Assembly (NCBI GenBank): GCA_050014495.1 | Contig: JBEKDF010000002.1 | Coordinates: 32,001 to 96,000, forward strand | DNA from: Candidatus Bathyarchaeia archaeon | GTDB lineage: Archaea; Thermoproteota; Bathyarchaeia; TCS64 | Length of the DNA: 64,000 nucleotides | Direction of reading: 5' to 3' | Shown: positions 1 to 10,010 of the stretch, piece after piece | Position numbering within the stretch: the first letter of the stretch is position 1 | Layout: every line of letters begins with the position of its first letter | Translations under genes and position numbers: made by a program | Notes under the pieces: generated by a model | What the model was told of the DNA's origin: nothing | The model's database searches: none | Seen by the model: the letters and a program-made list of their open reading frames with translations, nothing else

Positions 1-627
1 TGCATCGGCGAGGAAACAAAATATGCTCTTGAGGGGAGTGTATTCGTCACAGGGGCAGCCATCGAGTGGCTGAAGGATGTGGGCATAGTCAGGAATCCAT
101 ATGAAGTGGAGGCACTTGCTAAGAACCTCCGAGGTAACGAAGGAGTCTACTTCGTTCCCGCCTTAGCCGGCCTCGGCGCACCCCACTGGAATCAATACAG
201 CCGAGGCACCATCCTAGGTATCACCAGGGGCACCAGTAGGGCAAACATCGCACGCGCTACCCTCGAAGCCATAGCCTACCTTACCCGAGATGTATCAGAA
301 GCCATGGAGAAAGAGAGTGGGATTGAGACTCGAGAGCTACGTGTCGATGGAGGAGCAACGAAGAATGATTTCCTCATGCAATTCCAAGCCGATATCCTCG
401 GAAAGCACGTCGTCCTCCCCTCAAACACTGAAACCACAGCTCTCGGCGCAGCATTCACCGCCGGACTCGCTGTCGACTACTGGAAGAACCAGAACGAATT
501 GACCAAAATATGGCGGATTGAGAGGGTCTACAAACCCACCATTAAGCCGAGTGACCGCGAAAGACTATACACGAAGTGGCAGCAAGCCGTTATCCGGTCC
601 CTCGACTGGGCCAAGACTGACAATTAA
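1..627 (+). CDS. glpK: Glycerol kinase, C-terminal part (5' end outside window)
   Basis: Frame is open from base 1 ([17 protein letters not shown]) and carries FGGY/GlpK motifs [35 protein letters not shown]. Confidence 0.95.
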   Translation, partial: CIGEETKYALEGSVFVTGAAIEWLKDVGIVRNPYEVEALAKNLRGNEGVYFVPALAGLGAPHWNQYSRGTILGITRGTSRANIARATLEAIAYLTRDVSEAMEKESGIETRELRVDGGATKNDFLMQFQADILGKHVVLPSNTETTALGAAFTAGLAVDYWKNQNELTKIWRIERVYKPTIKPSDRERLYTKWQQAVIRSLDWAKTDN

Positions 628-695
628 GCCCTGCAAATACGAAATCAAGTTAAATGCATGAAGTGTGGACACACTAGGCTGGTAAGTGGAGTTTC

Positions 696-1775
696 ATGTT
701 AGGGGAGGAAGTAGTATGGGTAAAGAGCGAGACGCTGCGTGACTTCATGTTTGATGTCTTCAAAAGCGTGGGAGTCCCTGAGGGAGATGCGCAGACATGC
801 AGTGATGTCCTTATTGCAGCTGATAAACAGGGTATAGACAGCCACGGCATCAGCAGGCTCAAACCCATCTACATCGACAGGATCTTAGCGGGACAGCAGT
901 CTCCTGTGACTATTTTCGAAGTAATTCGCGAGAGACCCACAACAGCCGTCGTCGATGGGCACCGAGGCATGGGTATGGTAGTTGCGAAGAAGGCGATGAG
1001 GATGGCTATCCAGAAGGCGAAGAAGCTTGGAATGGGCATGGTTGCCGTCAGAAACAGTACCCATTTCGGCATCGCGGGCTACTATGCCCAGATGGCAGTC
1101 GACGAGGGACTGATCGGTATCATCGGAACTAACGCTCGACCATCGATCCCACCGACGTTCGGCACCGAGAATATGCTCGGTACGAACCCACTCACCTTTG
1201 GGATGCCGAATGACGAGCCTTTTCCATTCATGCTTGACTGTGCGACCAGCATCATCCAGCGCGGTAAGGTTGAGGTCTTGGCCAGAAACGGGAAGAAAGT
1301 CCAAGAGGGATTGGTCATAGACAACAATGGTGAATATATGACGGACCCCAATGAGATTCTCCAAGGCCTCACGAAGGGCAAAGCAGCCCTTCTACCAATC
1401 GGTGGTCTCTATGAAACAGGCGGCTACAAGGGCTATGGATACGCCACTGTCGTTGAGATACTCAGCGCCAGCCTACAGGGCGGCGCCTTCCTTAAGGCGC
1501 TCACAGGTACGAACCTAGGCCACTTCTTTATCGCAATAGATATCACCGCCTTTACCGAGCTCGACGACTTCAAGAAGATCACGGGCGAAATACTACGCGG
1601 CCTAAGAGCCTCACGGAAGATGCCAGGCTACGATAGAATCTATACTGCCGGGGAAAAGGAATATCTCACCTATTTGGAGAGGGAAAAGAAAGGAATTCCC
1701 ATAAACAAGAGCCTACAAAAGGAGCTCAAACAACTCAAGGAAGATTGTTCTCTTAAGAGCTACTTGCCATTTTAA
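696..1775 (+). CDS. Ldh_2 family (malate/L-sulfolactate-type) dehydrogenase
   Basis: DSHG, RNSTHFGIAGYY, GTNP, LDCATS, GYKGYG motifs. Confidence 0.9.
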   Translation: MLGEEVVWVKSETLRDFMFDVFKSVGVPEGDAQTCSDVLIAADKQGIDSHGISRLKPIYIDRILAGQQSPVTIFEVIRERPTTAVVDGHRGMGMVVAKKAMRMAIQKAKKLGMGMVAVRNSTHFGIAGYYAQMAVDEGLIGIIGTNARPSIPPTFGTENMLGTNPLTFGMPNDEPFPFMLDCATSIIQRGKVEVLARNGKKVQEGLVIDNNGEYMTDPNEILQGLTKGKAALLPIGGLYETGGYKGYGYATVVEILSASLQGGAFLKALTGTNLGHFFIAIDITAFTELDDFKKITGEILRGLRASRKMPGYDRIYTAGEKEYLTYLEREKKGIPINKSLQKELKQLKEDCSLKSYLPF

Positions 1776-1805
1776 AGTAAAAAAGCATCCCGATGTCCAT
1801 GTAAC

Positions 1806-2231
1806 TCAATCTATCAGGTGGGCGTATGTCGTATAACTAATCCCCGATTCGGATACAACCGAGATCTCTATCGTCGTTTCTCCTAGCCCGCTGCCAATCT
1901 GTAACTTAAAACTTATTGACTCGCCTACTTGGATCGGTTTCCCATCAAACATGTAGTCCGTTGTGATCTCCATGTGATCAGGAGGAAAGTTGTGGCTCGT
2001 GATAGAAGTACCATTCACGATTATCTCTGAGATCATGATCGGTACTTGGCCTGTATTGTTTAGATTCACCGTGATAGTTTTCACTCGACAGGCACACGCT
2101 GGTAGGGCGTAGATCACTGCTCTCTCGTTAAACCTGCCTGAGGGAGTAGAACCTCCCAATGATATAACGTATGATGTAGAAACTAAGATAACTGCGACTA
2201 GGAAAAGGTGGCTTAGATAAATTATCTTCAT
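1806..2231 (-). CDS. Secreted or membrane-anchored hypothetical protein, pilin/Ig-like
   Basis: N-terminal hydrophobic segment; NNTG..I.ISEIIVNG beta-rich pattern. Confidence 0.55.
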   Translation of the reverse strand: MKIIYLSHLFLVAVILVSTSYVISLGGSTPSGRFNERAVIYALPACACRVKTITVNLNNTGQVPIMISEIIVNGTSITSHNFPPDHMEITTDYMFDGKPIQVGESISFKLQIGSGLGETTIEISVVSESGISYTTYAHLID

Positions 2232-2377
2232 TTCTTACAGGGGGCGATGCCGCCCAGGTTAAACCTTTGTTTAATTACCTCTGGCAGCCTCGTTGTAGCC
2301 CTCGCGCTATCAATTCCCTCAACATTTTAAAGGGCAAATATTATCAGTGTCTTCGCCCCCATCGTAACGATTCCAAA

Positions 2378-3538
2378 ATGAAGATCCTCGAGGACGTCAA
2401 AGTCTTAGACTTCACCCACGTCTGGTTCGGACCTTATTGCACCATGATGCTTGCTGGACTCGGTGCCGATGTAATCACCGTCGAGCCCCCTTGGGGCAAC
2501 ATAGGCAGGTTAGGCCCCGGTGAACTCTACAAGGGCACTAGCACCACATTCATGGCTCTTAACTGCGGTAAGAAGAGCATAACAATTGACCTGAAGAATC
2601 CCGAAGGTATCGCTCTCGTCAAGGAGCTCGTCAAGGAGGCCGATGTAGTTGTTCAGAACTTCACCCCGGGAGCTATGGAACGCCTCGGCCTCGGCTACGA
2701 GGAGCTCAAAAAGATAAAACCTAACATAATCTACGCTGCACTCAGCGGCTTTGGCCAGTATGGCCCTTACAGTAAGTATGGCAGCTACGCGGTCGTCGCT
2801 GAGGCTATAAGTGGTCATACATACGCCACAGGTAAGGGAATCTCCGAGGACCACGAACCAGTAACCATGGCTGGCGCCCTCGGGGACATCGGCCCAGGCG
2901 TCTTCGCCGCCTTTAGTATAGTCGCTGCCCTTCGATATCGCGACAAAACTGGCATAGGCCAGATGATCGATGTTAACCAGGTCGACACAATGGTAAGCTT
3001 CAATGGCTGCGACACTGTCGCGTATGACCTTTTCAAGGAGAGCCCCATTGAGAGGCGGAGGAAGCGTGGCCGCCCACCGAATGAGCTTTGGGGAGTCATC
3101 AAGGTCAAGGACGGCTGGGTCCAGATAGCGGGCAGTCGCCCTAAGGCAGTCGAGGAGATGAAGTCGAAGCTCGGTGTAGAGGAGGTTACACTCGACCTCG
3201 TCAAGGAGAAGCTTTCAACTATGACGAGAAAGGAGGCGTTCGAGTGGCTCGTAAGTTTCGACGTCCCCTCCGCCCCCATCTACGAGGCATATGAGGGTTT
3301 CGACGACCCCCACCTCAAGGCACGTAAGACCTTCATCGAGGTCCCACACCCCATAGCTGGCAGCTATCGGATACCAAAGTTCCCCGCCGAATTCAGCGAG
3401 ACCCCTGGAGAGATCAAGACTGGAGCCATAGTCCTCGGCCAACACACAGAGGAGATCCTAAAGACCGTCCTTAAGAAGACGCCGAAGGAGATCGAGGAAC
3501 TCGAACAGAACGGCGTCATCACAATATGGAGACCCTAG
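2378..3538 (+). CDS. CoA-transferase family III (CaiB/BaiF)
   Basis: VLDFT..FGP..LAGLGADVI.VE, N.GKKSI.IDLK, ADVVVQNF.PG; start moved to ATG 2378, downstream of TTTTAA. Confidence 0.93.
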   Translation: MKILEDVKVLDFTHVWFGPYCTMMLAGLGADVITVEPPWGNIGRLGPGELYKGTSTTFMALNCGKKSITIDLKNPEGIALVKELVKEADVVVQNFTPGAMERLGLGYEELKKIKPNIIYAALSGFGQYGPYSKYGSYAVVAEAISGHTYATGKGISEDHEPVTMAGALGDIGPGVFAAFSIVAALRYRDKTGIGQMIDVNQVDTMVSFNGCDTVAYDLFKESPIERRRKRGRPPNELWGVIKVKDGWVQIAGSRPKAVEEMKSKLGVEEVTLDLVKEKLSTMTRKEAFEWLVSFDVPSAPIYEAYEGFDDPHLKARKTFIEVPHPIAGSYRIPKFPAEFSETPGEIKTGAIVLGQHTEEILKTVLKKTPKEIEELEQNGVITIWRP

Positions 3539-3560
3539 AGCCACTTTTTTGAAAATAATC

Positions 3561-4007
3561 TCATCTCATGGGAAAGGACCATCTAAGGATGTCCTTCACC
3601 GACTTGTCAACATAGTCCCCGCAGCGTTGGGCTATATCCCGAGTCGTCACGACCCCGTAGATTATTCCACCTTTTACTACGGCGAGTCGGTGGACATTCT
3701 GCTTCGCCATCATTTCTGAGGCTTTGATCAGGTCCTCATCGGGGTCGACCGTTACAAGTGGAGCTGACATCACGTCTCCAACCACAGTCTTGTCTATGTC
3801 CTTGTTGGGTGCCACCACCTTGGCTATAATGTCGCGTGAGGCGATCATCCCCTTAGGCGTTCCCTTCTCTGTGACAATGATGTATCCATGTTCACCCTCG
3901 GCGATCATCTTAGCAGCTTCACGGACAGATTGGCCCACGTCGATGGTCATGAAGGTCTTGTCCATGTAGTCCTTTACCCTGTATGACGTTAAGTATCCCT
4001 CTGTCAA
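3561..4007 (-). CDS. CBS-pair domain protein
   Basis: VKDYM, VGDVMSAPLVTVDPD, GVVTTRDI; start uncertain (TTG 4007 or ATG 3965). Confidence 0.85.
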   Translation of the reverse strand: MTEGYLTSYRVKDYMDKTFMTIDVGQSVREAAKMIAEGEHGYIIVTEKGTPKGMIASRDIIAKVVAPNKDIDKTVVGDVMSAPLVTVDPDEDLIKASEMMAKQNVHRLAVVKGGIIYGVVTTRDIAQRCGDYVDKSVKDILRWSFPMR

Positions 4008-4046
4008 CGGCAAGGAATGGGAGTTAATATGCATTTTCACCCAAAC

Positions 4047-4892
4047 TTAGTATTGCATTGTGTCGGCCCTCTTCCCCAAGACTCTCATGAAAGCATTTCT
4101 GTAACTTTCCGAGCCACCGACTAGGGCATAAATTGAATCATACTCCGCCTTCAACTCTTTTAATGTCGGAATTATCTTCGGAGGTTCATTAAGGCCGAGT
4201 TTATTTCTCAGAGTATCGAAGATGCTCGGGTTCGCTAAAGCCGCTCTGCCAATCATGACGCCTCTAACCCCCATGTCTCTCAGTAACTTCACCTTCCCGG
4301 TGGAGTCAATCCCACCGTTCGCGATGACTGGTATGCCGTGGGCCGCTTCGATGCACTCAGGGAAGACCGAGTAGTCATCGGCTCCACCCGACTCTTGCGA
4401 GGCGGTTTTCGCATGAACTACGAAGAAGTCTGCGTCAACCCCGCGGAGGCTGTTCAAGTAGACTTTATGAGTCTTCTCATATGCGTTCGTACCCAGCCTC
4501 ATCTTAAGCGAGGCTATGTAGCCACGAGCATGTATGAGGGAGACAAGTCTGCTAGTCTTCGCGGTCCGCTTGACCATGGCTGCACCCTTCCCCCGCCGAA
4601 TGACATCTGGGCTGGGACAGCTCAGGTTGAGGTTGAACCCTTCAAACCCGGGGAAAGGCTCGAAGCCGCTTAGGAAGGACTCCAAATGCTCCTCCTGCCC
4701 CGTGAGCACCTGAATCTGCACAGGTGTCAAATCTCGGGGAGTTATCTTCTCAAGTGCCTGCCTATTCCCTCTAAGGAAGCTCTCGACATGCGCCATCTCA
4801 GTAAAGGTTAGATCTGCCCCATGGCGGTAGCAGAGTGTCCTGAGGTTCCCATCTGTATAACCCTCTAGTGGCGCGAGCATAAAGCGGAACAA
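4047..4892 (-). CDS. dus: tRNA-dihydrouridine synthase family flavoprotein
   Basis: MLAPLEGYT, NLSCP with the catalytic Cys, K.RLG, VIANGGI, GVMIGRAAL.NP; start uncertain (4880/4892/4949). Confidence 0.85.
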   Translation of the reverse strand: MFRFMLAPLEGYTDGNLRTLCYRHGADLTFTEMAHVESFLRGNRQALEKITPRDLTPVQIQVLTGQEEHLESFLSGFEPFPGFEGFNLNLSCPSPDVIRRGKGAAMVKRTAKTSRLVSLIHARGYIASLKMRLGTNAYEKTHKVYLNSLRGVDADFFVVHAKTASQESGGADDYSVFPECIEAAHGIPVIANGGIDSTGKVKLLRDMGVRGVMIGRAALANPSIFDTLRNKLGLNEPPKIIPTLKELKAEYDSIYALVGGSESYRNAFMRVLGKRADTMQY

Positions 4893-4945
4893 GACTACGA
4901 ATAGAAACTGTGGTGCGTGATATTTGAGTGACGCGTAGCGGGGTA

Positions 4946-5527
4946 TCACCGAGATACGAATCTGTTGCCCGGGATGTAGAACCTTAGTTCTTCAGGGAGA
5001 TCAGTTGTCACCCCGATCCTATGGCTCGTGCAGTAGTCAGTAGCGCTGGGGGCGTCGAGGATGTGTACCGGGCTGTTAAGGTCCGTGACCGGGTAGCCAT
5101 TGAGCTCCTGTGTAACCCCAAGAGCGAGGGTCAGCTTTCCTGGCCCGTTAGTCAGTTCCCTGTCGTCAACTACGGGACGAAGCCTTCTCATCGTCTTTAA
5201 CCCTTGAGTTGGTTCCAATGCCCTGAAGAGGACGCCCCCAACCTCCCCTTTTCTATGTGCCACCACGTTTAGCATCCAATACCTGTGGACATTGTAGATG
5301 AATACGCGTCCAGGGGGGTTCCACATTGGGGAGTTGTAGTTCTTTCTCCCGTGGAAGGCGCGGCTAGCTGGATCTGTGATGCCGTGGTAAGCCTCCGTTT
5401 CAACTATTTTGCCACCGAGTCTTTCTCCGTCTAGGACCCTGATCAGACTCTTGTCAAGTAGGTCACGAGCAACCTTCTCTGGGTTCCTCTCGTAGAATGC
5501 CTCGGGGAGGATACTCGATAAAACCAT
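4946..5527 (-). CDS. mpg: DNA-3-methyladenine glycosylase (MPG/AAG family)
   Basis: IVETEAY, DPAS, VLFRALEP, NGPGKL, RIG motifs. Confidence 0.93.
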   Translation of the reverse strand: MVLSSILPEAFYERNPEKVARDLLDKSLIRVLDGERLGGKIVETEAYHGITDPASRAFHGRKNYNSPMWNPPGRVFIYNVHRYWMLNVVAHRKGEVGGVLFRALEPTQGLKTMRRLRPVVDDRELTNGPGKLTLALGVTQELNGYPVTDLNSPVHILDAPSATDYCTSHRIGVTTDLPEELRFYIPGNRFVSR

Positions 5528-5581
5528 TCCCTCAATCCCTAAGAGAATATTTTAGTTGCCCCATATAGATTGATACCTGAC

Positions 5582-6676
5582 ATGTCCGAGATCCGCTTAG
5601 GAGCGCTCAAGGACTACCTAACTAGACTTTTTAGGGAAAAAGTGGAGCTTATATCCGTTACAGGTCTCGGTGGGGAGGCCGACTCGGAGAAGGCTTTGAA
5701 GGAGTATGGCTATGGGACACCGATGCGAATAGACATCGCTGTTGAAGGTGTGAAAAGGCGACTAGTGTTCAATACGGTGAGACCGGGAGGATTCGGCCAT
5801 GAAACGATGCCAGATCGAGCAGCCATACTCCTATGGGAGGCCCACGCATTTAACACACTCCCCAGCCACGCTCACGCAGTCGACGTCGGCGCTATAATCA
5901 CCGACGGTTCAATGAAGACCCTAGGTGATGTGAAGGAACCTTTCCTCCTGACTGAGTTCGTCGAAGGCAGGGTCTACAGAGAAGATCTCGATAGGATAAA
6001 GGAGAACGGTGTCGCCACGCTACTTGACCATGACCGCGTTAGGGCAATGGCGAAGTATCTCGCAGAAATACACTCCGAAAAGAAGTATGACCCCGGCTAC
6101 TATGAGCGCCGAAACAGGGAGCTCCTCGGCCACAACGAGTGCATCTTCGGACTAACCGACAGCTATCCCGCTGACCACGAGTGGATCAAACCGGCGATGC
6201 TTGAAGATATCGAGAAGAAGTGTGTTGAGTGGAGGTGGAGAAACAAGGTCCTAACGCACCGACTGAGTAGAACTCATGGCGACTTCCATCCCTTCAACGT
6301 CATATTTCGTGAGGGTGTAGATTTCACAGTCCTCGATAGGAGCCGTGGCGAGTATGGTGACCCAGCCGACGACATCGGAGCCATGAGCATTAACTACCTC
6401 TTCTGGGGTTTGATGTATAGCCACGATTTTAATGAACCCTTTAGGGGCCTATGGAACACATTCTACTCTACCTATCTCGATGCCAGTGGCGATGAGGAGC
6501 TGCTCAGTGTTATCCCGCCCTACCTCTGCTGGCGTGCCCTGATAGTTGGGAGCCCAGTATGGTACAGAATAGATGAAGGGATCCGTAGGAAGCTCCTAAA
6601 CTTCGCTCGGAATGTACTCGAGGAGAGTCCCTTCGACTGGCGTAGGGTAGAGTCTCTTCTGGGGGATCGGAACTGA
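5582..6676 (+). CDS. Aminoglycoside-phosphotransferase (APH)-like kinase
   Basis: Brenner motif HGDFHPFN, LDRS metal-binding site, GDPADD. Confidence 0.85.
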   Translation: MSEIRLGALKDYLTRLFREKVELISVTGLGGEADSEKALKEYGYGTPMRIDIAVEGVKRRLVFNTVRPGGFGHETMPDRAAILLWEAHAFNTLPSHAHAVDVGAIITDGSMKTLGDVKEPFLLTEFVEGRVYREDLDRIKENGVATLLDHDRVRAMAKYLAEIHSEKKYDPGYYERRNRELLGHNECIFGLTDSYPADHEWIKPAMLEDIEKKCVEWRWRNKVLTHRLSRTHGDFHPFNVIFREGVDFTVLDRSRGEYGDPADDIGAMSINYLFWGLMYSHDFNEPFRGLWNTFYSTYLDASGDEELLSVIPPYLCWRALIVGSPVWYRIDEGIRRKLLNFARNVLEESPFDWRRVESLLGDRN

Positions 6677-7194
6677 TCCAAGGATGGGCGATCTGGGTCA
6701 CTGGGCTACCCGCCTCAGGGAAGTCGACCATATCCCGGCTCGTAAAGGCCAAGCTCTCCGAAGAGGGAGTAAGCGCACAGATACTGGAGACGGATGAACT
6801 TCGCCTCATCCTCACTCCCAACCCCACTTACAACCCCGAGGAACGGGAGGTCTTCTACACAAGCCTAGCCTATATGGGGTGGCTCCTCACTGTTAACGGG
6901 GTAAACGTCATCTTCGACGCCACCGCAAATAGGAGGCGCTGGAGGGACTACGCGAGGGCGAGGATACCAAGGTTCATTGAGGTCTACATGGACTGTCCGC
7001 TGAAGATATGTGAAGCCCGGGACCCGAAGGGCATCTACACTCAAGCTGCCACGGGTCAAGCCCGCTTCGTCCCTGGTGCACAGCAAGAGTACGAGAAACC
7101 ACTTGCCCCAGAGATCACACTCGACTGCATGGAAGACCCTAAGAAGCTCACCGATCAGCTAATGGAGGAGATAAGGCGGCGTGGACTCATCTAA
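6673..7194 (+). CDS. Adenylyl-sulfate-kinase-like P-loop kinase, probable CTG start
   Basis: Frame extends upstream of the track ORF (6874): WAIWVTGLPASGKST, DELR; CEARDPKGIY and YEKP further down; CTG 6673 overlaps the upstream TGA. Confidence 0.88.
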   Translation: MIQGWAIWVTGLPASGKSTISRLVKAKLSEEGVSAQILETDELRLILTPNPTYNPEEREVFYTSLAYMGWLLTVNGVNVIFDATANRRRWRDYARARIPRFIEVYMDCPLKICEARDPKGIYTQAATGQARFVPGAQQEYEKPLAPEITLDCMEDPKKLTDQLMEEIRRRGLI

Positions 7195-7966
7195 CTGGAT
7201 CGAAATCCTCCGCGAGGCTACAGATTGCATCTTCTCAGCTATCGCCAAGGCGAAGCTAAATAGCGTGGGCTTGGAGATGCGGGACTACAAGCACCTCCTC
7301 GATGAAGCCGCTCAGAATGCGTTAGTTGACTCCCTAAGAAGCCAAAGCGTCTCCGCTCAACTAGTCAGCGAGGAGGGGAACGTCTTGGTGGGAAACGGAG
7401 GGCCAACCGTGATCGCGGACCCCGTCGATGGCACCACTAACCTCGCTAGGGGTTTGCGCCCCGCTGTAACATGCTTATCCGTCTCGGAGAACGGCCTCCA
7501 TTCAAGCACGCTTGCTGCAGTAGTCAGGGACCTATATACGGAGAATATTTACACGGCTGAAGCCGGTAAGGGGGTCACCCTCAACGGTTGCCAGATACAG
7601 GTCGCGGCGCCTAGGCAAGCTAGGTCAGCCCTCGTCTCTATTGATATTAGCAAGACACCGAAACTAGATCGCATCACACCGCTCCTAAACACCTGCAGGT
7701 TCATTCGGATGTTCGGCAGCTCCGCCTCCGAGCTCACTTTGATAGCCTCAGGAGGCTTTGACGCTCATGTTGATGTGCGCAGCACCGTTAGAGCCACAGA
7801 TGTTGCAGCTGCCCTCACTATTCTAGATGAGGCAGGGGGTACCTATGCCGTCGATGGGGTAATAGGTGGGGACTTCACCTTGACGAAGGAAACGACGATG
7901 GAGTTGATAGCGGCCTCAAATAAGCCACTACTGGATGAGCTCCTCGCCCTCACGAAGCGCCCCTAA
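7181..7966 (+). CDS. suhB: Inositol monophosphatase / FBPase family
   Basis: SEE, DPVDGTTN, R..GS, DVAAA motifs. Confidence 0.88.
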   Translation: MDSSNWIEILREATDCIFSAIAKAKLNSVGLEMRDYKHLLDEAAQNALVDSLRSQSVSAQLVSEEGNVLVGNGGPTVIADPVDGTTNLARGLRPAVTCLSVSENGLHSSTLAAVVRDLYTENIYTAEAGKGVTLNGCQIQVAAPRQARSALVSIDISKTPKLDRITPLLNTCRFIRMFGSSASELTLIASGGFDAHVDVRSTVRATDVAAALTILDEAGGTYAVDGVIGGDFTLTKETTMELIAASNKPLLDELLALTKRP

Positions 7967-8162
7967 CAAGATTCGGAGCGCTCTCATATTTCTAATCCAA
8001 AATGGAGACGCTCTCTCTTTGAGCCCAAATGGTGCCTCGGATCCAGTCTTCACTGAGGCCCTCCGATGCGCCCTCCTTAAAGGTGTGGAGGTTGACACAT
8101 ACGACTCCAGGGTTACCTTAGAGGGCATCAGTATTAACAGACGCGTGCCCGTCAAGATTTAA
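7967..8162 (+). pseudogene. sfsA: C-terminal remnant of SfsA-family nuclease
   Basis: SALIFLIQ..DA....PN...DP.F.EALR.A..KGVEV matches the SfsA C-terminus; the N-terminal two thirds are absent. Confidence 0.7.
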
Positions 8163-8317
8163 CCTGAAATCCGAATTAACACAAATAAGGTAAAATTGAA
8201 TCAGAAAATAACAGATAATTGAAGCAAGCTAGTTAAAAAACGGCTCTTTTTGCTACTAAGCCTATAGGAACCGTTTTTAAGCTTCCCGCCATGCTATCAA
8301 CCGTCAGAGGTCGCTCA

Positions 8318-8626
8318 ATGGGTAAGAAGAAGGTACTGAGCGAAAAGGACCTCCATGACATGGTCCTTCCCAGCAAGAACGACGTGCTAGGCGTCGTACA
8401 GAAGATGCTGGGCTTCGACAGAGTGATGGTGAAGTGCCAGGACGGAAACATTCGGGTCTGCCGCATCAGGGGCAAGATGAAGCGACGTACCTGGATACGC
8501 GAGGGGGACATAGTCCTAGTCAGTCCATGGGACTTCCAGAGTGAGGAACGTGGAGAGATATTCTGGCGATACACCCAGAATCAGGTCGACGAACTCAAGC
8601 AGAAGGGTATAATGAAGATAGAGTAG
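8318..8626 (+). CDS. eif1a: Translation initiation factor aIF-1A
   Basis: MLG..RV.V.C.DG..R.CRIRGKMKRR.WI..GD.VLV.PWDFQ. Confidence 0.97.
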   Translation: MGKKKVLSEKDLHDMVLPSKNDVLGVVQKMLGFDRVMVKCQDGNIRVCRIRGKMKRRTWIREGDIVLVSPWDFQSEERGEIFWRYTQNQVDELKQKGIMKIE

Positions 8627-8638
8627 GCTGATTTTCAC

Positions 8639-9433
8639 GTGCCCAGCCAGGACAAGATTGAGCGTAAGGCCGAGAAGCTGCAGAGGCGATACGAAGAGAC
8701 AGCTCTGATGCTGAACAAGAACCAGGAGGAGTTCAACGTCAGCGAGGCCGTCTTCGATCGGCCCACCCTGGAGGGCATTCTTAGGTTGATCCAACAGAAG
8801 AAGATCGATAAGATAAAGGGCGTCCTGAAGGCGGGTAAGGAGGCTCATGTCTTCTGGGGGACGGCGCCGAGCGGGGCAGAGATAGCCGTCAAGATATATT
8901 ACACGACTACCTCCGAGTTCCGAAAGGGTATGATGAAGTATATTGAGGGCGATCCACGGTTCAAGCACATCCGTACGGATAATAAGAGCCTTGTCTACGC
9001 GTGGGCGCAGAAGGAATTCAGCAATCTTCAGCTCGCCCAGCAGGCAGGTGTCAACTCGCCCCGCCCAATAGACTTCTATAGGAACATCCTCGTGATGACT
9101 TTTATAGGGGTCGACGGAGTACCAGCCCCCCTGCTGAGGGAGTTGCCATTAGAGGACCCTAGCGACTTCTACGACGTGTTAACCGATGAGATGAGGGCGC
9201 TCTATCAGAAGGCTGGCCTTGTTCACGGGGACCTGAGTGAGTATAATATAATGGTCTGGGAGAAGAAGCCGGTCATCTTCGACCTCAGTCAAGCGATGCT
9301 AACGATACATCCTCTCGCCCCAAGCCTCTTACAACACGATGTGGAGACCGTGAACGCGTACTTCGCGAGGTTGGGTGTACAAGTCTACGACAACAAGGAA
9401 CTAGAGGAGTGGGTGAAGATTGGAGAAGCGTAA
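8639..9433 (+). CDS. rio1: Serine/threonine kinase RIO1
   Basis: GKEA.V, AVKIY, WA.KEF.NL, VHGDLSEYNI; conserved context. Confidence 0.95.
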   Translation: MPSQDKIERKAEKLQRRYEETALMLNKNQEEFNVSEAVFDRPTLEGILRLIQQKKIDKIKGVLKAGKEAHVFWGTAPSGAEIAVKIYYTTTSEFRKGMMKYIEGDPRFKHIRTDNKSLVYAWAQKEFSNLQLAQQAGVNSPRPIDFYRNILVMTFIGVDGVPAPLLRELPLEDPSDFYDVLTDEMRALYQKAGLVHGDLSEYNIMVWEKKPVIFDLSQAMLTIHPLAPSLLQHDVETVNAYFARLGVQVYDNKELEEWVKIGEA

Positions 9434-10010
9434 CTACATAAGAATACCACACGACAGGGTCGGAGTCCTAATTGGCCCAGAGGGCAAGGTGAAGAGCCGA
9501 ATAGAGAAGACCTTTAACATAACACTCAGCATCGAGAGCGAGACGGGGAACGTGGAGATAATTCTCGGCCCTGACCAGTCGGATGTCTCCGTCATCTTCA
9601 CAGTAGCTAACATAGTCAAGGCAATCGGGAGGGGATTCAGCCCAGACCGCGCAATGGCGTTGGCAAACGAGGACTTCGACCTCTCCATCATCGACCTGGA
9701 GGAGGTCGTGGGGAAAAGCCACAGCGCTCAGGAGAGGATCAAGGGGCGAATCATTGGTAAGGAGGGTAAGAGTAGGGCCCTAATCGAGGAGCTGACCGAG
9801 ACCCAGATGAGCGTTTATGGAAGCACAGTGACCCTAATAGGCAAAATTGAGTCCCTCCCCGCAGCGACGGAGGCTGTTATGATGCTCATCCGCGGCAAAT
9901 TCCACAAGACGGTCTACAACTACCTCTTCGCCTACCGTCGCCAGCTGAAGAGAGATCGTGGCGAGATCTGGTACGATCAGTCTCCACCCGCTTCTGAGAG
10001 GAGGGATTGA
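9420..10010 (+). CDS. KH-domain pre-rRNA processing protein (Dim2/Pno1)
   Basis: VLIG..G, AIGRGFSP..A, RIKGRIIG..G; follows rio1. Confidence 0.93.
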   Translation: MEKRNYIRIPHDRVGVLIGPEGKVKSRIEKTFNITLSIESETGNVEIILGPDQSDVSVIFTVANIVKAIGRGFSPDRAMALANEDFDLSIIDLEEVVGKSHSAQERIKGRIIGKEGKSRALIEELTETQMSVYGSTVTLIGKIESLPAATEAVMMLIRGKFHKTVYNYLFAYRRQLKRDRGEIWYDQSPPASERRD

